A stretch of 64,000 nucleotides of DNA, taken from the NCBI GenBank assembly GCA_028534125.1, contig CM052816.1, positions 41,542,001-41,606,000 on the forward strand, written 5' to 3'. The DNA is from Lama glama (Eukaryota). The stretch's first letter is position 1; the number at the start of each line of letters is the position of its first letter. The notes beneath the pieces are model-generated. The model worked only from the letters and a program-made list of their open reading frames with translations. It was not told where the DNA came from and ran no database searches. Positions 62,251-64,000 of this stretch are shown in pieces. Made by a program: the position numbers and the translations under genes.

Positions 62251-64000
62251 TTCTTTGACATTTCCCTTCCCGAAAGCAGGGAGAGGTCTGAGAGTGGGCG
62301 AACTTCAACGTGTTCGGTTACAGTGTAATTAGATTAATGAGGATAGTGAGTTTTTAATGCAGTGTAGAGTAATTATGCCATGATTTGTTGTTGTTCAGTG
62401 GCTTTTCCACAAATTTTCATAGTCTATTAGCAGATTAATTCAACGGCGGGTCAGTTGCTACTTTTGCGATTGTATGGATCCAATAATGAGGGGAAATGCC
62501 AATCGTCTGCCAGAGAACATGCTGCCAGTGGAGATATAGGAAGGCATGTTGTGAGGCTGATGATAGGTTCCAATTTGTTATCAGTAGGTGTGAAGTGGTA
62601 TCTAATCTCAAGAATGGCCTAAAAGGCTGGGAGCCACTTCATACTGCCTTGCCTTTGCCCTTCTCCAAACGGCTCAGGACTGCCATTTTAAATTCACTTA
62701 AATACAAATCGCAGTCTGCCACTCTACCTGCTACATTACGCAGAATCTCTAATTAGGAATTTCGTATTAACCACGGAAGCGTTAATATTCCACATGTTAC
62801 AATGTGCTAATCAATGAACCAGGGTAATTGAGGGCAAACCTTCCATCATTCAGGCTTTCTCAATAGACATTCTGAATTGTACAAATACTAGGTCCTCAAT
62901 GAAGAATGCCTATCTATTTTTACTGCAAGTTTTCATTACTTACTTATTACATACTATGATGACTCGAGTGGTAAACACACCTTTCACTGCGCAAGATACA
63001 ATCCGAGCCTTGTGTATATCCATAATATGCTTAATAATAGCTTCAGAATTGCCTGGAGAAATGACTTCTGGGGGGAGTTATATGATTTTTAGATAATACT
63101 GCGAAGTAAATACTGATAGACCAAAAATTTACTCTCTTGCAAAAACTACATATAATCAGTGAAATAAAGTTAATGAAATACAGGTAACTGTCTTTTAAAA
63201 GTAATCAAATGTGAACACTATCTTTCACAGGATTTTGCTAACAAAGACCAACAGTAAGATGTTTCTTTTTCCAGGATTTAATTCCACCCCTATGAAAGAC
63301 ACATCCCACTTTATTGAACACACTTTAAAACACATAACCAAGAATTAAGGATCAAATTCAGTTTAGTTTGAGTCTTCGCTCCTGATTTTCTATTAGTTTT
63401 CCTCCTTTCCTCTTCTCCCTCCTACATCCTGTTCCTTAAGTACAGGGGCGTTCTAGATTTTATCAACAGAGGGCACCCTCGAGTCACTGCAAATCCTAAT
63501 GTCTTGAAATGGAACTGTTCTTTAGAAGAAAAACTTCATTTCTTCTAAGGTACTTTATTGATCCTCTGTTGTAAAATTTGACAAACTCAAGATTTATAAG
63601 CTTAACAATTCACATTTTATTGCTGCATAACCGTTCAGCTGGCTAGAGGAAAATGTTAATTTTCACAATTAAACCACAAGGTAGTTTCTATTTTCAAGAC
63701 ATTAGGTCAGTTGACACACTCGCCCGGTAAATTCGGACTATTACAAGATCCTGAATCCGCTTGGAAAGCCAGAGCAAGGTGAATGGTCACCTACAGCGCA
63801 CCCACTCTCCCAGATTGTATGTAGCAAGTTAAGGAGGATTTTAAGACTCTACAAAGAAAAATCTGGGGAGGGAGCTAGAACACAAACATAATATTGATGA
63901 CTTATACAAGATTTTATATTTTAACCAGAAGATAACTGTGAAGTGATAGCATTCACAACTCACAAATCCACCGTTTCTTGCCACTTGTATTCCTCTTCCT

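Noticed and set aside
1..64000. CRISPR arrays, prokaryotic or defence systems
   Set aside because: Mammalian sequence; no repeat-spacer array or operon-like gene density.

Overview
Mammalian genomic DNA, most likely camelid, since three tRNA-Ala(AGC)-derived SINEs resemble the camelid vic-1 family. The right half holds the full coding region of RGMB (repulsive guidance molecule B / DRAGON) on the minus strand. It has three coding exons (61128-60978, 55862-55354, 42152-41484; 1329 nt, 442 aa), a GC-AG second intron, a ~2.8 kb 3'UTR and a CpG-island promoter. The left half is intergenic and repeat-rich. It includes a 5'-truncated 4.8 kb LINE-1 with a target-site duplication (TSD) and a decayed, internally deleted class I ERV provirus (9926-16690) with an Arg-type PBS and a younger solo LTR nested in env, plus MLT, L1M, L2, MIR and DNA-transposon relics. 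The strongest unexplained signal is the asymmetry between the two proviral LTRs. The 5' LTR is CpG-depleted, while the 3' LTR has kept about 34 CpGs and YY1, NRF1-like and GC-box motifs but lost its TATA and AATAAA, consistent with exaptation as a CpG-island promoter. The RGMB 5' leader also shows uORFs and a possible distant-branch-point acceptor. Repeat family names come from pattern recognition only, not a database search.
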